DNA of 63,870 nucleotides, filler included, from Aduncisulcus paluster (GCA_024181965.1; 5 parts of 5 records of this genome joined end to end with filler, not necessarily neighbours in it); one strand, 5' to 3'. Positions 45,616-59,795 are shown, counted from the first letter of the whole stretch. Program-made: numbers and translations. The notes: generated from the sequence alone by a model not told the origin.

Positions 45616-48600
45616 TCATGAATCTTCCTCCTCTTCCTCTTCCTTTTCCTTTTCATCGACATCTTCCATTTCTTCTCTCCATCCTTCCTGATCATACCCT
45701 TCAAACGAACAACATGTTCCTTGATCTTGTTCAAATAAAGCTTCCACGCCTCCACCTGTGCGTTCAACAAAATCATACACAGATTGTCTCAAAGATCTTT
45801 CCTCATCAAATGGCATCTTAACAAGTAAATGTTGAGGAAGAGTGTATTTGATGAGAGGAGAGTGTGTGATTTGCTGTGAGGAGTGAACGCGAGAAGAATG
45901 AGAAAGAATAGAATTATTAGAATAGTCACAACTTGATCTGCCCATTTTAAGGATCTGTTGGAATTTCATTTCTTTTCCAGTAATAATACAGTAATAAGAC
46001 ACTATGTCATCAATAGAACGAGTTTTCTCAAGCATTATGCCAAAAAATATATGTGATCTGCACCAACACAATCCATCATGCTCAGGACATAAAGCTATCT
46101 CAAATGAAGGAATTAATGCGACTATTGGAACAGAATGGAGGAGATTTGAGAGGTTCAAGGAGAATATAAAGGAAGATATGTTTGTTATATACTGATCATA
46201 ATCTCTTGGATTACAATAGACTGCATTATCCAGGCAAAAAAGCATTTTCTCATCATATTTCGGGGATATCTGAGGAATAATGGATCTAATGGCTGAAAAT
46301 TTAGAAATAAGGCTCATCCAATATGGAATTCCAGATGGATAAAGGTGATAAAGAAGGTCAAACCATCCATCAAGAAGATCTTTAATGTGTTCATATATTT
46401 CAAGAGCATGAAAATGATCACAACATAAATTAAAGAAGAATTTTAAACCCTTTTCAAAACCTTCTGTTGCAATTTTATCACTAACAAACTCTTTCTTCAC
46501 AACATCAAGAACAGGGTGAAAGAAAGGCCAAACTTCAGGACATAGGGATTCAATTGGTGAATTATTTTTGGTTGACCATGTGATATTTACCAAAATTTCC
46601 ATCCACAGAGAATATACCTCACCATCTCGATATTTCTCAAACCAATCCTTCAAAAAAGGTTTGATCAAGACGATAAGGCAAGACTTAGTTTCAATAGAGT
46701 TTGAAAGAGAGATATTCCTGAGAGTTTTCAATAAATATAATGGAATATTTAGGGTTTTCTCTCCATTCCCTCTACTAAGAATTCGTTCCAAAGTTGGAGA
46801 AATCTTAGGAAGAAAAGAATCACATTCCTTCTGAACTTTGCTCGTATAATTCATACAGATTAAACAATAAACTTCATCAATAGCTCCTTCCAGAACTTCC
46901 TCAACTTTGGATAAATGTTCGAGGAAAGAAGAGACAACATCTTTAAGCTCAGAAATTGGGAGAAATACTTCAATCTCAATAACATCGTGTCTGACAAACC
47001 ATCGTAAACACTGGCAACACATAATAAGCTCTCTTCGATGTTCTTTGATCAATTCAATATTCGAGGAATATTTTTGGAAGACAGAGAGAATAGTTTCTTT
47101 GTGAGTTTTGTAAAGGGCTGAACAGTCTTCAGATTCTGTGCACCTGTCCAGAGATTTGATGATATCTCCATATTTCTTCATATTATAATCAATGTTACCA
47201 AAATATCTCGCATAATATTCACCATATCTATTGTTATTACAACACCATTCCATGTCCATATCATATTTGGGCGATAAAAAAGGTACAACAGAAATAACAG
47301 AAGAAAACTTGGAAATTAGTTTTGCCAAAAACATAATTCCTGGTTTACATTTGTTTTTCTTGATTGATTCGAACCAACCTGGGAGTAGATCTTTGAATTC
47401 ACCAAATATTTTAACTATGTTTTCTTTCTTGTAACATAAATTAAACAATAGAAGCAAGATATATTCACGATTATCACCAATAATCTTATCTCCAACATAA
47501 TTTGTTTTAACGAATGGCAAGAAAGAGTCGAAAAAGTTCCATACTTCAGGACATATTGAATATACAGGACATCTGTCTCCGTTGGACCAGGTAATACGAA
47601 CAAGTATTAAAATCCACCTTTCATTACACGTATTGTCTTTATATAATTCCATATATTCACAAATAAATGGTTTGATGAGTTCAAGAATCGATGCTTTTGA
47701 TGGAAGAACATTTGAATATGAAATAAGGCAACTCAACATATTTGTAAGTATTGATGTTTGTAGTTTTCCATCACATCCTCTTTTAAAAATATCATAAAAT
47801 ATTGTGGCTATTCTATTAAAATGAGGCAAATGAGAATCACAAAAAGTCTTGTCTTTCAAAAATAAAGAAGCATTCGAACAAATCCGACAATATTCCACAT
47901 CGACGGGTCCTTGCAGAATTTCCCCACCTTTTGATAGATGTTCAAAAAAAGTGTCAATGAGATCATTCAAATCAAAAACAGGGAGAAAAATAGAATTTCC
48001 TAAAAAAATATGATCAATAAAAACATCTAAACACCGATATACCGCAATAATCTCATCTTCATCTTTCTCTTTTCCCCAATTTTCAGGCCGAATAATTTCA
48101 AGAATGGATTCTTTTTCCCGATAATATAACTTAGATGTGAGTGTGGGGTTTGGGCAAATAACAATGTCTTTGAGTAATTCATACCATTTTTTTAGAGTAG
48201 GTTTACAATTACAATAGTATCCAGAATAATCCCTAATGTCAACTCCAATACTTTTACACCAATTCATATAAGAATCATATTCAGGGGATAATTTTGAAAC
48301 AAGGTCAGGATGATTTGAGAGGGAAAACAATAATCTTCCCCAATAAATGCTTCCAAGTATATGATTCTTCCTCTTTATAACCTCAAACCAACCAACAAGA
48401 AGATCTTTGATGCTATCATAAATTTGCAGAGCATATGATGGATTGCAACATAAATTGGAGAAAAATATTAAAACCCTTTCACAATCATCCTCAACAATCT
48501 TATCTCCAACAAACTCTTTCATAACAACATTAAGAACATGATCAAAAAGTTCCCAAGTTTCAGCACATATGTCTTTGTTAGGTGCATAAAACTCAGAAGT

Positions 48601-51600
48601 CCCAGTGACTCGTGATAGAATATACATCCACTGTCCATATAACTTACTATCTTTGTATTTTAATAACCAATCTCCAATAAACGGCTTAATAAGGCGAACG
48701 ATGTGTTGTTGTGAGCATACTGAAGAATTAACAGCGATGTTTCTTAATGAAATTAATAAATTCGAGTACATTTCCAGGTTATCAATCTTCTCATCTATTC
48801 CTCTCTGAAGAATACGAGAAAAAGTCGCAAATACCTTGGTTTTCGTATGGAAAAAATCACATTTATCTTTCTCACAAAACTTCAAATAAGTATAAATCAT
48901 ATAAATATTACAATAACAAAGATCAATATCTTCTCCCAACACGGCCCCAAAGCTTGATATATAATCAATGAAAGTGTCCATGAGATCTTTAAGATCAGAA
49001 ATGGGAAGATAAACAGCATTTTTAGAATATCCAGAAATATAATTGTGTGTAACAAACATGTTCAAGCATTTACAACAAATTTCAAGCTCTTCATTATTTC
49101 GTTTAATCTCACCTTCTGATTTTTGGGAATTTTGGAATATTGAAAGAATAGAAAGTTTGTGTTCCTGATATAGTTTTGATTTTGATTGAGGATCAGAACA
49201 TTTTTTGATATCATTCATCAAACTTAACCAGCTCTTATGTGGATTACTATTGGCATAATATCTTGAAAAATCTTCATATAATCCACCAAATTTATAATAA
49301 CGTTTCATAATGGAATCGAACTTGGGAGATAACCATTTTGCTATTGATGGATCATTAGAAAGCACAGAAATGAGATGTGACCATAATAAAAAGGAAAATG
49401 AATGCGTTTTCTTTTCTCCCGATAGGATAGCTTGAACCCATCCAAAAAGAAGGTCTTTAATATGAAGAAAAATATCCTTTATATGCAGAGAACTGCATAA
49501 CCCTGCAAAATATAATAATAATAAAATATTATTATTACCCAAAATCCTCTTTCCTTCAAATTCCGTTTTAAATTCAATTATACAATTAAATAAGGGCCAA
49601 GCTTCCGAACCAAAAGATTCTTCAATAGATTCTATTTTAGAAAAAATTGAATATTGAGACATAAGTTGAAGAATTATTGCTATATAAGACTCATAAAATG
49701 ATTTATCGTTATATATTTGGAAATAATCAATAATAAAAGGATTTAAAAGCTTAATCCCTTTCTTTACATCAAAATCAGGTGCAAAAAAAATATTTTGAAA
49801 TGTTTTCAATATATTTAAAGGAATATTAGTTTCGAATTTCTCCTCTTTCATTTTTCCTCTCTCAATGATCCGTTGAAACGTTGGAAGAATCTTTGGAAGG
49901 AAGGAAATACGTTTCTCAGGAACTTGGAAAGTATAATTTACACAAATATAACAATACTCTTTATCAACCTCTTCCAATAGTGACTCAATTCTTGATAGAT
50001 GATCAATGAAAGTATCAATAAGATCATTCAGATCAGGAATAGGGAGATAGATCTCACTTCCAGAAATATCATGCCGAATAATCCATTTTAAACACTGAAT
50101 GCAAAGAAATATTTCCCTTTCATGCTCTTCAATCTCAATCTTTGATTTATATTCAAGAAAGACAGAAAGAATCTCTTCTCTATGCTTATAATAAAGTTTA
50201 GACGTTGACTCAGAATCAGGACAAGTATACGCAGTTATTAGTAATTCTGACCATTTTTTTAGTTTCAGAAAAGGATAATGAAAAAAATATCTTGAATAAT
50301 CCATTATATCACATCCAATAGTCATACACAATTGCATTTTCCATTCATATTTTAAAATATTAGGAACAATCGAAGGAACTGTTGAGAACATGGAAATTAA
50401 GTGAGACCAATACAAGTACCCTAACTTATGTTTTTCTGAATCAATCACTTCAAACCATTCATCAAGATAGATTTTAGCAATCTCAAAAACTTTCAAAGCA
50501 AGAGATTCCACACAAATTAAGTTTGAGAAGAATTCTAAAATAAATTCATTATTCTGTTCAATAATCCAATGTCCATCTTCTAACTTTGTTTCAACAATTT
50601 CAAGAATTGATATAAAAAGATCCTTGTTTTGACATATTATTTCATTCGCGGAACATGATTTGTCTGAGCTTGTAACATTTCCAAGAAACACCATCCATCT
50701 TCCAAAAAAATCGCTCGTATTATACATGAATAACCAATCCGTTATATATGGTTTAACGAGTGAGAACAATGGATGCATATTAATAGATAAAATCTTAAAA
50801 TTCACAGATATATTTTCAAGAGATACCACCAAATTGATATATTTTTGAAAATTTAATGGTTTCTTACTTCCCCTTTGAAGGATTCGTCCAAAAGTCGAAG
50901 AGATTTTTGTAAAAAAAGAGTGTAAGTCACATTCCCTGATTTTGTAAGAATAATTAGTACAAATTGCAGAATATTCTTCATCGATTGCTCCTTTCAGTAC
51001 TTCCTCAACTCTTGATAGGTGATCGATGAAATTGTCAATAAGATCATTCATATCAAGAACAGGAAGACAAATATCATGTATACTTTGATGACACATTAAT
51101 AACCTTAAACATTGAAAACATGATGTAAGCTCTGCTTTATGACGGTCAATCTCGATTTTAGATTTACAAACAAGGAAAATAGAAAGAAGAACTTTCCTAT
51201 ATTTTTTATAGAATTTTGATGTGTTTTCGGGATCAGAACACTTTCTTACATTTAACGCAATTTGGTCAAGAAGGTTAACCACTACATGTTTAATACTTGT
51301 AAGAAGATCAATTTCATGATCAGATTGAGGATGAAAAGCCTCAACTTGTTGAATAGCAATCACCACTATTTTAAATAAAGACATTGACATTGATTTTAGA
51401 TCAATGATAGAATCAGTTTTCCCCACAAACGTCCGTTCAACCCTAATCAATTGGTCCAAGAATTTATCAATCAAATCATGAATATAATCCTTCGCAAGGT
51501 AAACAATTATTGGTGGCTTGGATGATTGTGTAACTTCATGTTCAATAAATAATGCAAGACAATTAAAACACTTGGTAAATTTAGCTTCATCTTTTTCCTT

Positions 51601-54011
51601 TGTAAAATGATCTTTTCCACTGGAATGATCATTATCCCATTTTTTAAAAATAGCCAAAATGTGTTCATAAATGTTTTTGTAGAGTCTTGTAACTTCCGCA
51701 GTATTTTTTGTTTGTTGAATTGCCATGTTCAAATCATAAAGGTCATCAATAGACATCACTTTTCCCTTACTAGAGAAATTCGGCAGTTCTCTTTTTCCAA
51801 TTTTTTCAATTCCTTCCAAAAATTCAGACCTCGTCCCCTGTATTTCTGAATCATCCATATTTGATGAGCAATAAGCACGGCTTGAACCCATATCTGAAGT
51901 AGAATCTCTTGAATCATCCGAAGGTTCAATAAAGCAATTCACTTTAGATTCTTCATTTGTAGCTTGGACTACTGCCAAAGAAGAAGAAGATGAATGAAAG
52001 AGTGTTACTTCCCCTGAGACAATTTCCTGTTCACTATTCAAATGGAGCATTTTTTCACGGGGAGGTTTTTCGTATTTTGATGATATGAAAGAATTAGGAG
52101 AACTACTAAAATGTCCACGTTCACCATTATCGAAATAGTGACTCTCTCTTGAGGATGTTTCCCGAGAGGAAGGGTGAAAAAGAGGTTTTTCCCAACCAGC
52201 AAAACAGTTATCAACAATGCATCCAGAATCACCTTTATGCTTATCACTGAAATGTCTAAGTCCAGAATGATCGGAATAGTCAGCAGAAATACATTCGGAA
52301 CCACATTTATGCTTGCCAATTACACCCTGAATGTAGCCAGAATTACCCCCATATTTTGCAACCTGAGCCTTCACAATATCCTCAATGNNNNNNNNNNNNN
52401 NNNNNNNTCAACAATGCATCCAGAATCACCTTTATGCTTATCACTGAAATGTCTAAGTCCAGAATGATCGGAATAGTCAGCAGAAATACATTCGGAACCA
52501 CATTTATGCTTGCCAATTACACCCTGAATGTAGCCAGAATTACCCCCATATTTTGCAACCTGAGCCTTCACAATATCCTCAATGGATGGACATTTCCACC
52601 CTTCTCCAATCTTTGGAAGAAGAGGTTTGATGGATTGAACTTTCTCACAGGCTTCATGAACACTCATACGTTCATCGATATCAAGCTTTGTCAATCCTTC
52701 GAATACTTCATTCAAACAGGAATAAACAGGCTTGAACTTACCACCTTCAATGGTTTTTAGAGTTTTGAAAAGACGGGATTCACAGAGTTTTGGACCCATA
52801 TCACTTTCAATCACCTCTTTGAGTTTCTTGGCAAATACAATCGCCGACTTAATTCCTTGTAATACTTTCATTTGAAGGAAAGGATCCTGAGCCTTGAACA
52901 TGGCAAGTATAGTCAGCCCGAGTGAGTAAGCATCACTCTCTTGGCTATGATCTCCCTTGAGAGCTTCACAAGAGTTGTACACAATCGTGCCACAGATTGA
53001 GCGTTTGGGTTTGTGTTTGGCTTCAATATCATCTTCAGACTTGGAGAAATCAACAAATCTCCTGGAAGACAGGGAAGAGGAGATGGAGTCTTGGATCTGA
53101 GCAAGACCGAGATCAGAGAGAACAATGGTGCATTTCATAGAATCGGGATCAACGCGAGTGCAATCGATCGTCTTCGGTTCAACACGAACAAGGAAATTAG
53201 AAGGCTTAATGTCTCGGTGAAGAAGGCCAGGCTTGGCTTTGAACACTTCGGAAAGACACTCGATCATTCCAACACACAATGCACTCACTCTCAGAGGATC
53301 AAGAGTCATGGGGTCAAAAGTTGAAGATTCAGAACTTGATTCTTCAGAATATTCTTCTTCTTCATAATCTTCTTTACATTCCATTGACTTATCTCGAATA
53401 CACCAACTCCTGACAAACTCTTTCACGCTCCCCCCAATACAAAACTCTGTGATGAATCCATAAACTCCTTTTTCAGATTGGTCACCTTTCAGAAGGTCAA
53501 GAATATACATTGGACGTGGAATGCAATGGAAACATTTGCTATTCGAAAATATCTTGCGTTGTTTCATGAATTCTTTGCCGCATCTTATCAATACATTTTT
53601 ATCCTGAGGTGAAAACACCTTCAACACACAAGGGAAAGGAACCTCCTCCGAGGTTGAGCCAACTCTCACAAGATACGTTTCGCCTAGTCCTCCTTCCTTT
53701 TTCAAAATACAGATGCGAGAGATATGAGACGCTTGATTAATAATGATAGGTTCTAATTTAGAATCACATTTGGGTAAAAGTGAATCAGAAGGCAAAGATG
53801 TAGGAATGTGAAGATCGAATAATGATTCAGTTGAAATATCGGCATTGGGATACGATAATGGATGTGGCCGTGGTAGATACCAGCTAGATGTAGAAGAAGT
53901 AATCATGTGAGCCGATTTAGTTGAAATGGAACCCAGTTCATCATCCCGTTTGTCATCGGATTCCTTTCTATCCAAATTTGAAGGTTTTTTCCAATGCTTA
54001 TCGTGTTCCAT
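45616..54011 (-). CDS. Giant protein kinase fused to five ~345-aa alpha-helical repeats (~2732 aa after removing the gap duplication)
   Basis: Kinase motifs EGGLGETY, VLK, HRDIKPSNFL, DLG, GT..Y...E and DAYSLG. 52211-52387 is duplicated at 52408-52584; removing 197 nt merges ORFs 52371-54011 and 45616-52374 in frame. Confidence 0.85.
46170..51280 (-). repeat. Five tandem ~1.02-kb (~345-aa) coding repeats
   Basis: Recurring SKLY..H+E.ILS+F, YLP+.DL.DL+DTF++HLS, LIKP+I.DW, IKDLL.GWF and LSPKYD motifs at ~1.02-kb spacing. Confidence 0.85.
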
Positions 54012-54396
54012 GTTTAATATAATCTGTTGATTTGTGTTAGATACATCATATTTGAAGATAATGGATAGAATGAGGTGACATCAACGAAATTTAAAAAAAA
54101 GTTAATCTATATTGAAAATGGAAAATATTTACGTAAAGACGGAGTATATTTAACATACATTATGTAATTTTACCAAATTATTTCTGTATATTGTGTTCAA
54201 AGCTCTCGCTGAGGAGTCAAATTTTCTTTCTCCCTCAAAAGTAATTTAAAAGTAGTATTATGGATATTTAAAAAATTGAATCTTCATATATAAATTATTC
54301 ATTCCAATTATGTTATATTAATTGGGGTACTTGGCAAGATAAACCCAATATCGTTACCCTAAAAATAATGATATATTTGGCGACTGAAATAATTAT

Positions 54397-54496
54397 NNNN
54401 NNNNNNNNNNNNNNNNNNNNNNNNNNNNNNNNNNNNNNNNTTAATTAATTAANNNNNNNNNNNNNNNNNNNNNNNNNNNNNNNNNNNNNNNNNNNN
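54397..54496. other. Artificial scaffold linker
   Basis: N44-TTAATTAATTAA-N44. Confidence 0.97.
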
Positions 54497-55688
54497 TCAT
54501 AACATTATGCAGGAACAGCATCTTGAATATGTGAGCTACCAGATGTTCCTTGCCGTGTCTTTCCTCCATAGTGGTGGGTTACTCCATCGTGACCTCAAAC
54601 CCTCCAATATCCTCATTGGAAGCGATTCAATCATCAAGATATGCGACTTTGGCCTTGCTAGAGCATTGGTTAAGACCGAATCATCTGCCGACTTCCCCGC
54701 TGCTCTGATGACTGATTACATTGCTACGCGGTGGTTTAGAAGTCCTGAACTCCTCCTTGGGGACAAGAACTATGATGCTGCAATCGATATCTGGTCCTTA
54801 GGTTGCATTATAGCCGAGATGTTTCTCCAAAAGCCTCTGTTCCCAGGTCATAGTACTCTCAACCAACTTGCTCTCATCCTGAAGGTGATCGGACATCCCA
54901 CTGACGAGGAAATCCATGCATGTGGCAGTCCCCATGCACGCACGATGCTGGATGCTCTCCCAGATTGTGTTCGAAAAGCTTCGCGGGTTACTCATGGATT
55001 CTCCCATATATCTCCAGCTGAATCTCCATCACTTGCCTCAATCAAAGAAAAGGGCCGTCCTTGTCTTGTACGTTCTCATTCCATGGGATTTCTGAAAGGA
55101 AAGAAGAGTTCTCCCATCCAAGCCCCATCATTGTTCCGTGTTTCTTCTTCAAAGTCCCTTTCTCTGATTCCTGTATCCAATTACTCTGTCATCCCTGAAA
55201 TATCTTCAATCAAGTCTCTCAAACGCCGTCTTGCCTACTGTGATCCGAGTGTGCACACTGTCCGTGTCTTGCGAGAGAGACTCCCCAATGCCCCTCGTCT
55301 TGCTATTGATCTGATTGCCCGCTGCCTGTCGTTCTCCCCATCCCGTCGTATCTCTGCCAAGGATGCGCTCCACCACCCCTACCTTGCACGCTTTGCACGC
55401 AAGGATGGATCCATGGACAAGTGTGTCCTGCCTGTACCGCTGTGCAAAGACAAGTTCCCATTGCCCTCGCTGGCTGATGATGTCAAGTTCTCTGTCGCAA
55501 GGTACAGGGCTGAGATTGCACGCATGGTGTGCAAGAAGGATGACAAGAGAAGTGGGGGGAGGGACAGCAAGAGCAGGGATAGCAAGAGCAGGGACCATCA
55601 GGAGATGTCCTCAGAATCGTCTGAACCTCGTGATGAGAAAGATGGTATGAAGGATTGTTTCACTGAGGTTGCTGAAGTCCAAGGATGA
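54497..55688 (+). CDS. MAP kinase, ERK7/MAPK15-like (TDY loop); 5'-truncated at scaffold edge
   Basis: HRDLKPSNIL, DFGLAR, MTDYIATRWFRSPELLLG, DIWSLGCI and PLFPGHSTLNQL. Confidence 0.85.
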
Positions 55689-56085
55689 GCTCAAAATCAA
55701 GAAGAGATACAATTAGTAATAGTTTTAGAACAACTCAACATCAACACCCTATCGAACGAATATGTGTTTTCATCTTTCGATCTTAAATTAGATTTATTCG
55801 TGTCTTTTTCTCACGTTTTTTTTTTTTTTGTTTCTAGAATATTTTTAAAATTTTTTTAAAATACATTAATTTGTATTATTCTACTTTTGTTAGATTCAAA
55901 TTCTATTTTATTATGTTTCCTGCTCACGCTCTGAAGAAAGGTATCTCATTTTTTACTTTTGTAGAAATTAGAAATAGTTAGCCGTCAAATCGATCATATT
56001 CTTTTTACTTTTACTTTTTATTCTCCATCGAAATTCAATATTTGTGTTTGTGTTGACTAGTTTTCGTCTTTATTACACAACACTG

Positions 56086-56090
<5 letters not shown>

Positions 56091-56117
<27 letters not shown>
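56091..56117. repeat. (TA)n microsatellite
   Basis: Pure TA run. Confidence 0.9.
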
Positions 56118-57330
56118 TTTATTATTATTATTTATTTAATAATCTGTCGTCTGCTCCGACATTCAAATTCAGATTCTATCAAATTTGAAAACTGCAATTA
56201 AAAACAAATATTATTGCTATTATTATCTTTGTTCTTGCCGAACTGTGACTTTGTTCCGTTGTTTTTTTGTAAATTTCTTAACGGTTATCTGATAAATGCT
56301 TTTGTTGAATGGAACTCTACGTGATTCTGTTGATGTCGCCGCTCTGCTGCAGCCTGCGATTCCTCCTTTTTTTTAATCCTTATTCTCGTTATTTTTGCTT
56401 ATTTCTGGGTTATATTGTGTTTTTAGCCCAGATATTTTGTAAGCTTTTTCTCTATGCCTTTCGATTGTGAATATCTATCCCATTAAAAATAAAAATAGAG
56501 GTTATTCTTTATGAACCTTATTCGAAACCTCAGCAAAATCAACCACTGCAATGACGCAAGCAGCAAATGGGACAACCGCAGAACAAACCAGCTCATCTGT
56601 TCTGGATCAAAAGCACTGCTATACCGATGGATGATGCCTCTACAACTCAATATCATACTCGGACGAATCGGAGCAGCATCTTATAAATGAATTATCAATC
56701 AAGCAGAGAAGAGTTGAGAACAATGCGAATCCCAAAGGAAACCAGAAGTATAGCTTCTCTGCCAATAAGTCTATGATATATTCACAATATTCATAGATTT
56801 CAACTGCAACTTATCGGCATATTATGTCACTTTAGAATCCAATATGTAAACAAAACTGGGACTCATGAAACGATTTTGTATCAGGAGTGGATTCACAAGG
56901 ATGGCATGCAATATATAATCCAAAGAAAATGTTCATATATTTTTATGTATATCTTATGCGATATCAATTTCAAAGATTGTCAATTGAGAGTTGTAAGTTT
57001 GGTGGCCATCTTTTCCCGCTTTTAAAACAAATTGTACGTTTACTATATGTCGCATCTTTTATTAAATGGATAGTAAGAAATATTTTAATCGAATTCATTC
57101 AATTATACTCACTATATTGTGCTGTGTGGTCGTTTCTTGTTCGTTTTGTTCATTTTGTTCGTTTTGTTCGTTTTGTCTTTGTTTCTCGGACTGTTCTCTT
57201 TGAAATTCGCAATTATTCTGTTGGTTTTGTCTTTGTTTCTCGGACTGTTCTCCTTGAAATTCGCGTTGTTGGATATTCACAAATATCCTTGTTCTGTTGG
57301 TTTTATTTTAGATATTCTATCACTATTCAA

Positions 57331-59738
57331 ATGAGTTCATCCACAGATGTTGTTATTCAAACTGTGAAACCAGAGTTTGTTCATAAAGGAAGTGAGAGAT
57401 CCTGTCCAATTCCTGGAGATTCCCCCAATATTAAGAATGTCGAATTTCCATCGATCAAAGCAATAGATGGAAGGAAGAAAGAAGGTGATGAAAAGTACGA
57501 TCAGAGTTCTAACGCACAAGATTTGATGAAGGGGGAGGTTAATATAGGACAATTTACCATATCTCCATTCCTTTCTCTTCATCTTCCCCAATGAAAGGGG
57601 CTCATATTTGTCTTAGCAATCGTTATTATTTTCACAGACCTCCATCACACCTTGTCTTCACTCTCACATCTTCGAAGGGCGATAAAACGTCCAAGAAATA
57701 CGAATTTCCTAAATTTAAAGGATATCGTTGGTATTTCCTTCCTGTTTATCTCCCTGATGTTGTTCTGTGTGAGATTACAGGGAAAGGAAGAAAGAAAGAG
57801 TATTTTGGAATCAGGTCCCTCGTTTTCATTAGAGATGAAACCCCTGAAGAAATCAAAGCTCGTGAAGCCAGAGAGAAACTATGGGCTGAAACTCCAGTTG
57901 TGAAACCAGAGTTTATTAGGGAAGAATCTATAATATCTGATGGTAGATATTCTATTCCCATTTCACGTGATGATCCAAGGCTTGTAAATCCTTCATTCTC
58001 AATGGTTAAGTGCAAGGATGATTCGTATAGTAAGGAATCTGAGGAGTATGATCAGAGTTTAAAGGCACAAAAAATGTTAAAAGGGGAATGTGATGTTCGC
58101 TTATCTCATCTTTCCATCCCTTTCCCATCACCCAGTCCAATGAAAGGTGCTTATATCTGTGTGAATAAGTATAGTTCACCCTCTCTTCTCTTCACTTTCA
58201 CTGATTGTGATGGTAAGGAGATATTCAAGAAGTATGAATACACAAGACCTAAACATGATTATGAATGGCACTTCCTTCCTATTGATTTGGATAATGTTGT
58301 ATTGTGTGAGATTGAAGGGAAAGGAACCTGGAAAGAGAAGAATAGTCGATATTTCTGGATTAATTCCTTCGTTTTTATTAGCAGAGAAGAAACTATTGAT
58401 GAAATTATACTCCGTGAAGCCAGAGAGAAACTATGGGCTCATGCTCCAGTTGTGTCAGCAGTGTTTGTTAAGGAAGGAGATTATGATTCTTTTGGTAGAG
58501 ATTCTATTCCCATTCCACGAGATGATCCAAAGCTTGTAGATCCTTCGTTCTCAATAGTTAAGTGCAAGAATGATGCGTTTTGTAAGGAATCTAAGGAGTA
58601 TGATAAGAGTTCATGTGCACAAAAAATGTTAAAAGGGGAATGTGATGTTCGCTTATCTCATCTTTCCATCCCTTTCCCATCACCCAGTCCAATGAAAGGT
58701 GCTTATATCTGTGTGGGTAAGTATAGTTCACCCTCTCTTTTCTTCACTTTCACTGATTGTGATGGTAAGAAGACATCCAAGAAGTATGAATTCACAAGAC
58801 CTGAACATTACAATGAATGGCACTTCCTTCCTATTGATTTGGATAATGTTGTATTGTGTGAGATTGAAGGGAAAGGAACCTGGAAAGAGAAGAATAGTCG
58901 ATATTTCTGGATTAATTCCTTCGTTTTTATTAGCAGAGAAGAAACTATTGATGAAATTATACTCCGTGAAGCCAGAGAGAAACTATGGGCTCATGCTCCA
59001 GTTGTGTCAGCAGTGTTTGTTAAGGAAGGAGATTATGATTCTTTTGGTAGAGATTCTATTCCAATTCCACGAGATGATCCAAAGTTTGTAGATCCTTCAT
59101 TCTCAATGGTTAAGTGCAAGGATGATTCGTTTAGTAGGGAATCTAAGGAGTATGATCAGAGTTCAGAAGCACAAAGGATGTTAAAAGGAGAATGTAGTGT
59201 TTACTTCTCCCATCTTTCCATCCCTTTCCCACCACCTAGTCCAATGAAGGGTGCCTATATCTGTGTGGATGAGAATTGCAGTTCACCCTCTCTTCTCTTC
59301 ACTTTCACTGATTGCGATGGCAAGAAGACATTCAAGAAGTATGAATTCACAAGACCTGAACATATATATGAATGGCACTTCCTTCCTATTGATTTGGATA
59401 ACGTTGTATTGTGTGAGATTGAAGGGAAAGGAATGTGGTGGCAGAAGAATAGTCGAAGTTTCATTATTAACTCCCTTGTATTTGCTATGTCAGAGGAAAC
59501 GATTGCAGCCGAACGATTATCTCTTCTTCCATGGAAAGAATTCAAGAAATGGTATGAAATACTAATATTGTGTGAAGAATCAAAAAAGTACCTGTTTTTA
59601 TTTCCGGGTCTTTATTCTAGATTGTTGGAAAAAATCCCTATGAGTTGGGAAATGGAAGTCGAAAGCAATGCATTATGCATTCAATGTATTGTCCTGGAAA
59701 GAGATTCTCTAACGGATTTTGAGAACTTTGATTTCTGA
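57331..59738 (+). CDS. Four-unit member of the ~184-aa beta-rich repeat family, with a 1-nt frameshift near 57556 (error or recent pseudogene)
   Basis: Starts MSSSTDVVIQTV like the 658 copy. TTTACCATAT here vs TTTACCCATAT in the paralogue. Linker CGTGAAGCCAGAGAGAAACTATGG recurs at 57861, 58413 and 58965 (552-bp period). Confidence 0.85.
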
Positions 59739-59795
59739 GCAAGAGAAAATAAATCTAAAAACCAATAAAATCAATTCGTTTGTTCTTTTCAGGCG

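Noticed and set aside
56551..56800. Short frame with an internal TGA (CYTDG*CLY) as a selenoprotein or alternative code
   Set aside because: No recognisable homology or SECIS; TGA, TAA and TAG all terminate conserved genes in this window.
56887..57330. N-terminal hydrophobic extension of ORF 56887-57594
   Set aside because: It corresponds to the non-coding upstream cassette shared with 245-657; the paralogue starts at MSSSTD.
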